Source: Toensbergia leucococca
Taxonomy: Eukaryota
Assembly: GCA_022813965.1 (NCBI GenBank)
Contig: JALDZS010000161.1
Coordinates: forward strand, 1-53,747
Reading direction: 5' to 3'
Length of the DNA: 53,747 nt
The notes under the pieces are model-generated. The model was not told the origin of the DNA. It did no database searches and saw only the letters and a program-made list of their open reading frames with translations. The translations under genes and the position numbers were made by a program. Shown one piece after another: positions 1 through 13,441 of this stretch. Every line of letters begins with the position of its first letter. The stretch's first letter is position 1.

Positions 1-579
1 TCGGTGCCTGAGGGTAGGGTAAGGGCGTTGAAGTCTGCGTAGGGAACGCGGAGGTATTGTGCCTGTCCTCCTTTGTAGGGACCCATTGCCACATAGCCAT
101 ATGCACCGCCGGCAAAGCCTGGGTTGACGCCCGTACAGAAGGCGGTTTTCCCTTGCTCGCAGTTCCGGCAGCGGCCATCAGCTACGTTGAAGGGAAGGAC
201 GACTCGGTCTCCTTTTTTGAGAAGAGTGACACCGTCGCCGAGCTCCTCAATGATACCCATGTTTTCGTGACCTGAAAAAGAGGTTAATTATGGAGACGAT
301 GGCTGGGGGATTTGGGAGATTGATATACCAAAGATGAGACCGCCTTGAGCTGCTGTACGGCCTTGGTACATATGGAGGTCTGAGCCACAGATTGCTGGAG
401 TTTCTTTTAGCAAGTAGGATATTGTGAGGAATGTGTCGAGAATGTATACCAGCTGTTGTGACTTTGATAATGGCATCGTCGGGGTGTTCAATGGTGGGGC
501 GTGGGACTTCTCTTACGCTGACCTCGAAGGGCTTCTCGTAGTGGACGGCTTTCATGGTGGTTGTGGTGGCTGAAGACAT
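1..579 (-). CDS. Zn-dependent medium-chain dehydrogenase (glutathione-independent formaldehyde dehydrogenase-like), 5' part; runs off the window start
   Basis: Exons 579-450, 394-329, 271-<1 (GT-AG introns 449-395, 328-272) give MKAVHYEKPFEV...AICGSDLHMY...GHENMG...CRNC...C. These are the catalytic Zn motifs (CGSD, GHE) and structural Zn ligands of the MDR family. Confidence 0.9.
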
Positions 580-1039
580 GTTGGCTGTGCTGCTGATGGA
601 GAGGTGGTGATATGGGGATGAGGTAGTCTGGTAGTCTTCTTTGAATAGGCCATGTCTTGGGGGAATATTGCTTGACAAGTAGATGACGAACAATGGCCGG
701 ATGTAGGGCAAGAAATGCGGGGAGGCCGCGGGGTAGTTGAGGAGTAGAAAAAACAAAGTGCCGAGACTTTATTTTTTCTCTTTTCATCCCCACCCAGTCA
801 TTCACATTTATCCCTGCAAACTCCTCGGTGTCTGACCTATCAATCTATCACCACCATCAAATCTACTCACCAACCAGGCTTCCGCAGTGTTTTTAACCCT
901 CTCATCATCAAATTTGGCCTCTGGCATTTTCCAGATTTTTCAAAGCGGTGGGGGGATCAGGGCAAAAGGTGATTGAGAATGATAAAATTCCCCTTGATGA
1001 TCTTGCACCTGAGCGAGAAGAGGGGGGGGGGGCGGTCCA

Positions 1040-1760
1040 TGTATCAATACTCAATATGTACTGTGATACTCATAATCATGAGGACGCCTGAGTATCAGTG
1101 ATGTAAATAATCTGAAAAAGATGACTGTCCTGAATGGACTCACAATGCCTTCAATGCTGATGTTGCCGCTGATATGATATTATGTGATCACAGAAAAGGA
1201 GAATGCATGTATGATCAGATGAACGCTGACCTGAAAGAATTTCAGAAGAAAGCTAAAACAGCGAATGAGGATATCAATGAGGATATCAATGAGGATGGTG
1301 AAGAATTGAGAAAAATTATCAATGAAAAGCAATGAGAGTTGTGAGAGAATAAGTGAGAATGTTAATTCTATAATGAACAAGATTCTCTGAGAGCTCAAGG
1401 ATTGTCACAGCAGTCTTGCTACTCTCACAACCAACCTTGTGAAAAATACTGACACAGTATGTGTTAAAAACACGGTGATAATAGATACACTGTTGGTGAG
1501 TGAACAACATTCATATAAAATTGTGTATGAATAGGTCTGCTGCACTGCAGAAATCAATACACCCTTCTCATTCAGAAATCTATGGTGTTTTCATTAAACC
1601 GTCATGCACAACAGAAAAGATTTTGGGCGGGTAGGGGGGTGAGAAACACTTGCAGGAGTCATTTCACTTTCAGTGAAAAAAGGAAATAGCATGCTTGCAA
1701 GTTTAAGAATTTTCTTGTTGGTGATTAAAACAAAGATCAGTATCACTTGAAACCCACTAG
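1040..1760. repeat. AT-rich, CpG-poor degenerate sequence, possible mutated repeat relic
   Basis: Composition shifts relative to the flanking genes; TGA/TCA-rich; short tandem ATGAGGATATCA at about 1265-1295; no credible ORF. Confidence 0.4.
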
Positions 1761-2092
1761 TCCCTCCCTATGTGTAGAGAGCGAAGAAAGTAGTCATCTT
1801 TTGACCACATCTGTGTGAAGCGGAATAGCAATTGCGTCAGCTGTAAACCACAAGGACTTTCAAAATGATACCTACTGTATTCTTTCCCACTATCAACGAA
1901 GAGACATCTAATACGTAAAGCATCATCTTGTACTGAAAAGGCATTGCAAGTGGCTGCAAGTATTTTGAAATCCTCCCTTTCAGAAAGTCAATTGTCACTG
2001 TTCGTAAATTGGTCAGCTTAACAAGATACAATGGTATTAGATACCCACAATAGAGAGTGACGATATCGCACCAACACCTCCTCGTCGTCAGG

Positions 2093-4334
2093 CTAAGTGA
2101 TTGTCGTCCCAAATATCCTCCAGCGCCTCTCCCATCCGCCCTCACTCTCACTCTCACTCCCACTCCGACTCTCCCTACCCTCCTCTTTTCCTCTCCTCCT
2201 CTTCCTGACCCAGATCCCATACTCCTTCACACAGCATACGAACGCTAACCCTCTCGCTCTCTGCAAGGGATTCAAGGTGTCAGTGTTACCAGGATCATGG
2301 TTGTTAGGCGCGTTTTTCGAAGGTTGATTTATGTCTCTAGAGCGGAGGGCGCTAGTTTTGCGTTCTTCGAGGTCGCCCCAGAGGTGGAAGAGCTTTTCTC
2401 GGAGGAGGAGGAGCGTCTGGGGGTGCGTGCGGAGGCTGAGTGCGTGGTCAGGCAATTAGCTTGGGCATCTTGATTTATCTTTGGAGTTCTGATATAGAGA
2501 GGGAGCGTCACTATGTGTAGATTGCGAGTAGGGAAAGCGGATGAACAAGGTAATGCAAGAATGAAGAAGCGTCGATATGATGACTGACTACTTTGGATGG
2601 GGAAAGACCTACTTCTCTGCGTCGAGTTTGAGGAGGAATTCAGCGTCTTGGCAAGCAACGTAAACTTTAATTCGCTCTTTTTCCGAGTCTATGATCCCTG
2701 GAGTAGCATCTTCCAGGAAAAGGCTGAACCGCCATTCCCATTTTCTTTCTCGAGTGTTTGTCACTTCAACGTCGCTGTTCTCATCGTCGCTGCTGCTTGC
2801 TGAATTTTCATTTTCGGAGAGGACGTCGTATTCCGAGGCAAGAGGACAGGGAACAGCGAAATCTTCCAGGGCGGTGGGAAAGAAATCGATCACGCGGACG
2901 GTGGCGCGAGAGCAGATGTTTTGAAAGGGAAGTACGTGAGGGATATTACTTGTAGGGGTTTGGGTGGCGTGGGTTGCGAAGGAGAGGATGGAGGAGAGTG
3001 GACGGGTGGGTATGGAAGGATAAGTGCATTGGACTTGGAAAAGGATTAGTGAACGTAGTGAGTTGGAGCCAGGCTCTCTATTCGCATGGACAACACGTAC
3101 TGCTTTTGTTCAAGTCTTGTTTACGGGCTTTAGGTATTACCGGACTTTCTGGTTTCGCCAGTTCGATCTTTTCACGCTTTTCTCTTTCCTGCTTTCTTCG
3201 CTTTTTGGCTTGATTCTTGGACAGTACTTCGCCTTCTCCGTCGTGTTTCCTTTTTGCAGCTCTAGCTTCTTTGATGAATGCCTCTCTTTGGCTATTGAAC
3301 CGTTTCGAGTACTCTAGCTTGCGACGTAGTAGGTCTTTGACTCGCTCGTCGGTGAGTTCGGTAAGTGGAGTGATGTCAATTCGATCAGACTGTCGGCGAT
3401 CTGTATGGAGACTTCCTTCTACTTTGCCGTTGGAATTGAGCTTGATACGTACATTTCGAACATGTACGTAATCGTCTTCTTTGATGCTTACTTGGGCGAA
3501 GTAGGAGTGAGGCGGCCATAGCGTCACGTTCAAGGTCATGTATCCGTACGGCCCTCGCCATTTTTTGGCAGAAGTTCGAGAAGTATAGCCATGGGAATCG
3601 CCGTTACTGATACTTTCATTGACTTCATCTTGATCCCATTCGTAGTTGTAAAGGAGATTGTTAGATGTGTAGTCTGTGATAGCCAAATCTGTATTACCGC
3701 TGCCTGGAAATATCTTCACAACTTGGCCAATAAGATCATAGAAATACTCGATTTGGACGTCTTTGATTAAGGAGAATTTGTCTCGCCTGATTGAGGTTGG
3801 TGGGAGTGTCATGTGAGATGAAACAGGCGTGGAAGTGACAAGAGGATCCATTGGGGTAGGATATGCATTCCTATCACGGGAATTACATAGAGAAATGACA
3901 TATAGCATCTCTGAAGTGGTTGGTGCAGTGGCACGTGATTCTTTGATATGTTTGAGCTGGACAAAATCACTCGGGGGAGCCTTCTCTGGTATCAAACCCG
4001 CGGGAAAAACGACCCAAGTAGATATATGATTAGATAGGGCCAACGTCATCCCACTCCAAGGTCTGACCCTAATGTTCCGGATCAAAACAACATCGCCTGT
4101 TCCTCGAATAGCAGGTAGTTCGGTTTCCATGGGTCTGAAGAACTTGACTTTGAGGCCATTGTCAAAACCGCCAAGAGTCGAATCTGCAATGGAAAATGTA
4201 CACATCCAATCAGTTCCTCTGGAGCGGCTAGGCGGTAGGTAGTCAGTGACTACCCCTATTATATTTATGTCGGTATTCTGCTTGTTTGAGGCCGAATAGA
4301 GATCCAAGAAACCAGCTGGGACTGATGATGACAT
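2093..4334 (-). CDS. POT1: Protection of telomeres protein 1 (OB-fold telomeric ssDNA-binding protein)
   Basis: Exons 4334-3101, 3033-2613, 2435-2093. N-terminal OB folds (NIIGVVTDYLPP..SRGTDW, FYDLIGQVVK); C-terminal VRVIDFFP..LEDF, WEWRF, LREKLFHLWGDLEE, FVCCVKEYG, RIFGTTI, typical of Pezizomycotina Pot1. Confidence 0.92.
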
Positions 4335-4417
4335 GTTGAATAGAAAGTGGGGGTTTTTTGCAGAAAAGAGAAAAACTGTAGACAGAGAATCAAAATGTCA
4401 TCGCGGTGTCAACAGAG

Positions 4418-4519
4418 ACGCGTAGAGTACGAGTAACGGGGACAAAGAGGCAATTTGCATCTCAGCCTCTGTCATGACAGTTGAGTTTTCAACAGCATAA
4501 AAGTGATTTAAAAACGCGT
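4418..4519. promoter_or_regulatory. Two MCB (MluI, ACGCGT) boxes in the divergent POT1/importin-alpha promoter
   Basis: ACGCGT at 4418-4423 and 4514-4519, about 85 and 180 nt upstream of the POT1 ATG. Confidence 0.55.
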
Positions 4520-4829
4520 ATCTGCAAGAGTCTGCATCAAAAACATGCTCAGGCTAAACAATCCCAAAGCCGCTTGTTGGTGATGAACCTCCTTGAGGCT
4601 GCACGTGAGATTCGCTTAAATACGGTATTCTACAGTACGGTATTTATTCTACGGTACCCGCAGCAGCCACCAGCCATGCAAGCTCAAGACACAAACTTAA
4701 CAACACCAAACCTCATCACAATCTGAAGGGTCACATCTTGCTGCAATCATCAACAGGCTCGAGCTGCTTCTGAGTCTCGGCCATTCCCAGTAATAAACGA
4801 CAATCTACTACTGTAAATTGACTGCCAAC

Positions 4830-6829
4830 ATGGCTGAACGCTACATCCCTGAGCATCGTCGCACCCAATTCAAGGCTAAAAATACCTTCAAGCCCGATGA
4901 GCTCCGTCGCCGCCGCGAGGAGCAACAAGTCGAGATTCGCAAGGCCAAGAGAGAAGAGAACTTGGCAAAGAGAAGAGGTATTACAGCTAGAGATGGCACA
5001 CAGACTTCAGCACCTGGGGCTTCTTTGGGTGCCGCTCCTGATAGCGATGATGAGGGGGGCACAATCGAGAGTCAGGTATGTCCAGTATCATTTTCTCTTG
5101 ATATGTGTGGAAATCGTCAACTAGCTATGAAATTGAAGAGGACAATCATCATGTGAAAGCTCTATACCTTGTCTATGCTTTTCTTACGTGTCCGCACTTG
5201 ATATTTTGACCGTGGTTTATCCGCAAAGACCCTCATACCAAATAGGAGCCACGTACAGCCTTAGCAGCGATTGTTCACTCCACATCCACCCTTTTCTTTG
5301 TGTAGTTTACATGTGTGACTGACAATTATGTTCGTTTACAGCTCAATGTTGAACTTCCGCAGATGGTGGAAGGGGTGTTCTCAAACGAGATTGATTCACA
5401 GATTCAAGCTACCACAAAATTTCGAAAACTGCTGTCAAAAGAACGCAACCCACCGATTGAGAGGGTCATCGAGACTGGCGTAGTAAGCCGATTTGTGGAG
5501 TTCCTACGTTCACCTCATACCCTGGTTCAATTTGAGGCTGCATGGGCCTTGACCAATATCGCATCCGGCTCGGCACAACAAACACAAGTTGTCATCAATG
5601 CTGGAGCTGTTCCTATTTTCGTTGAGCTTTTGAGTAGTCATGAGCCAGATGTGAGGGAACAAGCCGTGTGGGCGCTGGGCAATATTGCTGGGGATAGCCC
5701 TCATTGCAGGGATTTCGTGCTACAAGCTGGTGCACTGCGACCACTTCTCGCGCTCTTGGGTGATAGTCGAAAGTTGAGCATGTTGAGGAACGCGACCTGG
5801 ACGTTGAGCAACTTCTGTCGCGGAAAGACTCCACAGCCTGACTGGTCAACGGTGATTTTTCCTTCTTAAGTTCTGGTACAAGATCACTAAGTGTCTCAGC
5901 AGATTCTTCCAGCGCTACCTGTGCTTGCAAAACTTGTCTACTCACTTGATGACGAAGTTCTAATAGATGCTTGCTGGGCTATCTCTTATCTCTCCGACGG
6001 AGCCAACGATAAGATTCAGGCTGTCATCGAAGCAGCTATCCCACGTCGCCTGGTAGAATTACTTATGCACGCTTCAACATCTGTGCAGACCCCTGCCCTT
6101 CGATCTGTTGGCAACATTGTCACTGGTGATGATGTCCAAACCCAGATCATTATCAACTGTGGATCACTACCGGCTTTGTTGTCTCTGCTTGGCTCGACCA
6201 AAGATGGCATTCGTAAGGAAGCATGCTGGACCATTTCCAACATCACCGCTGGAAACTCCACTCAAATTCAAGCAGTTATTGATGCAAATATCATCCCGCC
6301 CCTCATTAATTTGCTATCCAACGGCGATTTCAAGACCCGGAAAGAAGCCTGTTGGGCAATTTCCAACGCGACTTCGGGTGGTTTGCAAAAGCCTGATCAA
6401 ATCCGTTATTTGGTCCAGCAAGGGTGTATTCGACCTCTTTGTGATCTTCTTGCCTGCCCTGACAATAAGATTATCCAAGTCGCTCTTGATGGATTGGAGA
6501 ACATCTTAAAGGTTGGAGACATGGACAAGGAGGCATCGGAGAACCCCGCCGACCAGAATGTCAATCACTTCGCCCTTTTTATTGAAGAGGCAGGAGGAAT
6601 GGAAAAGATCCACGAGTGTCAGAACAACGTCAACGAGGAGATCTATATGAAGGCCTACAATATGATAGAAAAGTACTTCTCCGATGAGGAAGAAGCCGGC
6701 GGGGATATGAGTAACGGCGCAGCTCAACAAGGCGAAGGCGGATCTTTTGGGTTCGGTGGACAACGACAACAGCCTCAACAGCAAGGCGGATTCAACTTCG
6801 CCAATGGGGGCGACTCGATGGATATGTAA
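4830..6829 (+). CDS. SRP1: Importin (karyopherin) alpha
   Basis: Exons 4830-5075, 5342-5851, 5903-6829. IBB domain ([26 protein letters not shown]) and ARM repeats ([36 protein letters not shown]). Confidence 0.97.
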
Positions 6830-7535
6830 TAATATTTCGAACGAGAAACGTATTCATCTCAAGCAGCACATGAATGTCGACATCAGCTCTTCGCAAGAGC
6901 TTAGCCTAGGATCATTGTGCCGGCTGTCTCACTTGCTCATCAATCGTTGACGAGGTCCTTGAGTCTAAATGGAACGTCTATCTCGAGATCTAGGGCGGCT
7001 TCCGGGCCTACATCAGTTTCAACTTTATTTTCCCCACAATTCCCCTAAATGCGTTAATGCTCGTACTCGTTCCCATCGACCGGCACCAACACCAACACCA
7101 ACCCCAACACCCACATCAAAATGCTCAATCACTCTATCACCGACACCCTTGATTATCACGACCCCTTGACGACCTCACTACGAAGATTCACATTCATGTA
7201 TCCCTGGCTCGGTACCCTCTCAGCATCCATTCTCCCGGCGTTTCCGTCCCCTTTGTTTCCATCAGCTAATGCCTGCTGTTTCTATCCTCAATCTCCGTCG
7301 GCTAGTTGCGATGGGGTATGTTCATAGAAATGGTTGACGTTACTGGTAGTGGTGATCACGGTCTATTTTGTCAGCAATCTGTATCGAGGCAACTCACAAA
7401 GAAATGGAACTTTGTGAAACTCATAGATCAATGACTGACTGGCGTGATACTTGATGCTGTACTCGGTATACTAAGACGATTGATAGAGTACGATTAGATA
7501 AGAACCTGGAAATCTGATAGTGCATAGGGCTGATA

Positions 7536-7575
7536 GCGCGTTTGAAACATCACGTAATTAAATTATCTGTCGCGT
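7536..7575. promoter_or_regulatory. MCB-like CGCGT elements upstream of POL3
   Basis: GCGCGT at 7536-7541 and TCGCGT at 7570-7575 (ACGCG core on the minus strand), 60-100 nt upstream of the ATG. Confidence 0.45.
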
Positions 7576-7633
7576 CACTCATATTCCGCACAGCGACAGC
7601 TACGCAAGTCAAGCCTACACAAATACCTCCACT

Positions 7634-10600
7634 ATGCCTGCCGCTGTCTTGAAGCCCCAGAAACGGGTGCTTGGGGATTCCACCAAAGCTCATCGAAATG
7701 TCAACCCTACATTACCCTCTCCAGGTGCTGCCAAGAGAAGAAAACTCGATGTGGGGTCATCACCAGCTCCCCGACTCAACGTCTCCCAGAAAGGTGCCCA
7801 CGGAAAGCTAGGCTCTAGCCAACCTAAAAGTCAATTCGAAGAAGAAGTTCTGGAGAAGTTGACTCAGGACATCATTGGCCTCAAGCAGAAGAATTCGGAA
7901 AAGGACCAACAATGGGATCGACCTAGTTTGGATGATTTTGACGAGACCAAGGATAACCTATGCTTCCAACAAATTGAAGTCGAAGAAGGGACTCTTCATG
8001 GAGGGACGATAGCGGTGAAACTTTTCGGCGTCACAGAGGTTGGTCATGCTCCTACAACATGATGAGAGCATTAGACTCACAAGTCAACTTTCTAGACGGG
8101 TCATTCAGTACTGCTCCATGTCACAGACTTTCTTCATTATCTCTACATTGCCGCTCCTATCTCCTTTGCAAAGTCAGACTGCGAGGCATTTCAGGCACAC
8201 CTTGAAACCAAAATCGCACAGCATGAACCAGCAATACATTCTGTCAAATGGGTGTTTCGGGAAAACCTCTTTGGATTCCAAGGCAACAAAAAGAGCCCAT
8301 ATCTCAAAATCACTGTCACGGATCCTAGATACATTACCAGATTGCGGACATCACTTGAGAGTAGTGCACCCAGTTATAAAGGGTTGTGGAGAGGGGTAGA
8401 AGGGGGCGTAAAGACATTTGATAGCATTCAATATGTACTACGATTCATGATTGACACCGGAGTAAGTCTATACAGGCATGTCTAAGTGTGAGCAGGATCT
8501 CAATGTGCTAAATACCTCAGATCTCAGGAATGTCATGGGTAGAGGTACCATCGTCAAAGTATAAAATTATTACTGGAAGAGACAAACATTCCAATTGCCA
8601 GATAGAAGCCTACGTACACTACCAAGACCTGGTAGCTCACCCAAACGATGGAGAATGGGCGAAGATGGCACCGTTACGAATTCTTTCCTTTGATATCGAA
8701 TGCGCTGGTCGTAAAGGTATCTTTCCCGAACCTAATAAGGATCCGGTCATTCAAATTGCAAATGTCGTGACAAGATATGGAGAATCGAAACCCTTTGTTC
8801 GGAATGTTTTCTGCCTCGATGGATGCAGTCCTATAGTTAATACTCAAATTCTCGAATTCAACGAAGAAGATAAAATGCTGATGGCATGGCGAGACTTCCT
8901 GGCAAAGGTAGATCCGGATGTCATCATTGGGTATAACATTGCCAATTTCGATTTTCCATATCTTCTCGACCGAGCGAAGCATCTCAAGTGCCACCAATTT
9001 CCTTTCTGGACCAGGCTGCAAAATGTACGATCTCAAGCAAACAAGACGAATTTTTCAAGTAAACAGATGGGCAATCGAGATACGAAGGCTACGAACACCA
9101 ATGGACGTTTACAATTGGATTTGCTTCAACTTGTCCAGCGTGATCATCAGCTGCGAAGTTACACACTCAATTCAGTGTGTGCTCACTTTCTAGGGGAGCA
9201 GAAGGAAGATGTTCAACATACCATGATAACAGAGCTTTTCAACGGAACTCCCGAGTCAAGAAGGCGATTAGCTGTCTATTGCTTAAAAGATGCTTTTCTA
9301 CCACAGCGATTAATGGACAAACTGATGTGCCTAATCAATTACACAGAAATGGCCAGAGTTACGGGGGTGCCGTTCAACTTTCTTTTAGCAAAGGGTCAGC
9401 AAGTAAAATTCATCAGTCAACTCTTTCGAAAAGCCCTGGAACAGAACCTAGTCATTCCAAATATCAATTCGGATGAAAAATCCGACGATCATTATGAAGG
9501 TGCTACAGTCATTGAGCCTACTAGGGGATACTATGATGTTCCGATAGCTACCCTTGATTTTGCATCACTATATCCAAGTATCATCCAAGCTCATAACCTC
9601 TGTTATACTACCTTGATTCTCAACAAAGGGGATGTCACCAAGATGGGATTTGTCAAGGACGAAGATTACGTTGTGACGCCCACCGGCGACATGTTCTGCA
9701 CATCCAAAGTTCGGAAAGGACTCTTGAGTCAAATTCTCGAGGAACTGCTGGGGGCAAGAAAACGAGCCAAGAAAGAATTAGCTGTGGAGACGGACCCATT
9801 CAAGAAAGCTGTACTTAATGGCCGACAGTTGGCCTTGAAAATCAGTGCCAACAGTGTATACGGTATCACTGGAGCTACAGTAGGGAAGCTTCCCTGTCTA
9901 GAAATTGCCAGTAGTACGACTAGCTACGGTCGGCAGATGATCGAGAAGACGAAAGAAGAAGTAGAAGCACAGTTTACTGTTGAGAATGGCTACTCTCATG
10001 ACGCACAGGTCATATATGGAGATACGGATTCAGTCATGGTCAAATTTGGGCCCCAGGAGCTGAGTAAAGTTATGGATCTTGGTCAAGAAGCCGCCGCCTT
10101 CGTTTCGGACAAATTTATTAAACCGATCAAGTTGGAGTTTGAAAAGGTTTACTTCCCTTATCTGCTCATCAATAAAAAGCGATATGCTGGTCTATACTGG
10201 ACCACACCCGAAAAGTATGACAAGATGGACAGTAAGGGCATCGAGACGGTACGAAGAGACAATTGTCGCCTGGTTCAGAATGTCATTGAGACTGTCCTTC
10301 ACAAAATCCTCATTGATCGAGACGTTCAGGGTGCACAAGAGTATGTCTTTCCGTTTTTGACCACCATTTTATCACTAACTCAAGGTCCCCAAGTTATGTC
10401 AAATCCACCATCTCCTCTCTCCTCCAAAATAAAGTCGACATGTCAAAACTAGTCATCACTAAAGCTCTCTCCAAAAAAGAAGAAGATTATACCGCCAAGC
10501 AAGCTCACGTCGAACTCGCTGAACGTATGAAAAAGCGAGATATGGGATCAGCACCTACACTGGGGGATCGAGTTGCCTACGTAATAATAAAGGGCGCCGG

Positions 10601-11141
10601 CGGTGCCAAGAACTACGAACGCAGCGAAGACCCCATCTTCGTGCTCGACAACAATATCCCCATTGACACAAAATACTATCTCGACAACCAGCTTGCCAAA
10701 CCTCTCAGTCGCATCTTCGACCCGATCCTTGGAGAAGGGAAAACAGCAAGTGTACTTCTCGCAGGCGAGCACACTCGCTCCGTCGCAATCGCCGCACCTT
10801 CCTTAGGTGGCTTGATGAAGTTCGCCAAGAAAACGGCCAGTTGCATGGGCTGCAAGAAGCCTCTCACCATCAAATCCGAAGTGGCCGGTGCCGTGTGCAC
10901 GGATTGTCGCCCGCGCATCGGAGAGTTGTATCAGAAGACGCTGCACAATGTGTCTGATTTGGAGGTTCGGTTCGGCCGGTTGTGGACGCAGTGTCAGCGC
11001 TGTCAGGGCAGTATACATCGTGAGGTAATTTGCAGCAGTCGGGACTGCCCTATTTTTTATATGCGCATGAAGGCGAAGAAGGATGTCGAGGATGCCGGGA
11101 AGGAGTTGACGCGATTTGATCATGATGAGGGTGCTTGGTGA
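7634..11141 (+). CDS. POL3: DNA polymerase delta catalytic subunit
   Basis: Exons 7634-8038, 8096-8461, 8521-10340, 10394-11141. Exonuclease FDIEC; family B motifs [24 protein letters not shown]-terminal CysA (CMGC..CTDC) and CysB (CQRC..C..C). Confidence 0.98.
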
Positions 11142-11550
11142 CTTTTATTCTTTTTTTCTGGGGCCGATGGGGCGGGCAGGAAAGGGTGTTCCTGCCTGAC
11201 TGTGGTGTGCTTCTATCGCTTTGTAGTACTTCTACTACTTTCCTCCCATTGGCGCAGGTGGTTCATTGTCCTGACTGTTGCTGATTAGATTGCTTTGTGG
11301 ACCGGTGTGGATCTATGATCGTGTATTAGATATCAGAAATGCGTAACAACATTTTTGATTAAATAGAAACTTCTTCGCTGTTCATAAATGAGGCAAAATC
11401 AATCCCTTTTTTTGACAATGTCAAATTTGTGAAGAAATTTCTTTTTCTCACCGGAGGGTTTTTTTGTTTAATTTCAATTTCACTGACTCCTGATAAATAT
11501 TCTGACACCCCCTTCTTGATACATTGATACCTCCCCTCCCTCTAATCTTG

Positions 11551-13154
11551 CTCAATCAGGCAATAGTAAAATCTCAGGCAGTCAGAGAGAAACTGCTGAA
11601 CATAACTGAGAAGACACTTACACACTTAGACTCATTATGAATTATTTATAGTGTCAGTTACTTTTTAGCCCTACAACACAGCTTAAAGTGAATACATATT
11701 CTTTATCACTTCTTAGAAATGACAAGAATTTCATTTAATTGAGCATATTTGCTTTTACAGCTGATCATGTCAGTGAGATCTTCTTATTAATAAAGCTACT
11801 AATAAATAATAAGAGCTATTTGACTAGCAGCTTAATAATAATAATAACTTTATCATCAGCACATAAACTGATTATCATTATATCAGATAGATTTATCAGT
11901 ATTTTTAAAGATGCAGAGAAGGTGAACAAGACTCTCTACAATCTTCATTCAATTATTTAAACAGTGAGAAGATATTAATATAGAGCATAAGTGATGTCAT
12001 AGTAGTTAAACTTAATGTTAAGGGTAATTTCAAGCAGTTCTGCATGACAGACCTTATTATTTTTGAGAAAGTCTCATTTCTAAGAATCAGTTTATTATAT
12101 AAGAAGATAATAGCTTAATGTTTAGATTCAATCAATATGTTCTTCAACTTTCTATAAGACTTGTGTCAGTAAAAACATCACAATTTAACTCTGTTATAAG
12201 TCATCATAATATTTACTTCTAACAGTAAGTTAACTCTTATCTAACAGTTTATCTGTCAGCTTATAACAGTTGTTTTATCTTTTTTAAGACTCTCATTTTA
12301 TATTAAAGCTAACATATATAATTATGTTTAAAGAAATAACCTTATTTGATATATAGACACTTAAAGTCACTTCAAAGTAAATAAATATAATTGATTAGTA
12401 ATTATCATTATGTACATGAGAGAGAATAAATTGAATTAAGTTAAATATCAAAAATTTATTAGAGTGAAGTCTATTTAGCATCAATATAAAGATACAGCAA
12501 GACTTGCACAGTTAAAGAAATTGAAGAAAGCTTAAGATGTAGCTAATGTTTTATCAAGTTAGCTATCAGAATATATAACTTTTTTTAAGAACAAAGACAG
12601 TATTTCATGCTTCTGAGCTAAAAGTGTAGTACTAAAATCTGTTTACAAACTAAATTTTTATATCTATAGCCTTTGTTAATTATCTTGACACAAGACTCAA
12701 GCAGTGTAGTAAGGTGACATTCTTTTAAACATAGTTTTATAAAGGGATGATATAGTTAGCTTGAGCAGTAAATAAACACATAATGTACAGTTGAGTTTCT
12801 AGAAATTGATATAAGACTTTTTGTTCTCACCTTTGTACAACAGTCTCTTGAGCTGTTATAATAGCATTCTTTAGATATTGTTGTGTGCTGTCTGATTTTC
12901 ATGTCACTCATTCAGAAGTTGTATATTACAGAAATGCACACATGTTCTTAAATGTAAAGACATAAAATGTAATGATTTTTAATAACAAAGAAGGTAGAGA
13001 AGACATGAATGTGAGATAAGAGAAGTAAAAGGCTAGAATATGAGAGGTAGATAAGAATGAAAAGAAAAAGAAGAAACAGGCTAGAAACTGTTGAAGACTT
13101 TTGAGTGCAATGATGAATTATCACACTGCGTTGTTTCATGAAAGCCTGATTGAG
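11551..13154. mobile_element. Heavily mutated AT-rich transposon-like relic
   Basis: About 1.6 kb, very AT-rich, almost CpG-free and stop-ridden. Bounded by inverted 11-mers CTCAATCAGGC (11551-11561) and GCCTGATTGAG (13144-13154). No protein family recognisable by eye. Confidence 0.5.
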
Positions 13155-13441
13155 ATCTAACGAGGACAGACATAACTGAGGATAATAAGTAAAAGAAAGG
13201 AGGAAGGGCAGTGAGAAATGAAGAGCAACGAGATGGTAGAATAGCTATTCTAGCCGGATGCGGTTACCACTCGAATACGGAGCAATTCAGCTGCTGAGTG
13301 CTGACCCGTCTGGAGGTCTCAGCCCCATTAGTTGACAGCCAGGCAGCTGAAAGAAGGCTGCCTGTCTCCTCCTCCTCCTCCTCCTCCCCCTCCTCCTAAA
13401 CCACGTCTTCTACCTACTCTACACTGTGAGATCTTATTAGT

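Noticed and set aside
4731..4928. Minus-strand ORF ending in CaaX-like CSKM*
   Set aside because: Antisense to importin alpha exon 1, Lys in an aliphatic position, no pheromone-like features; chance.
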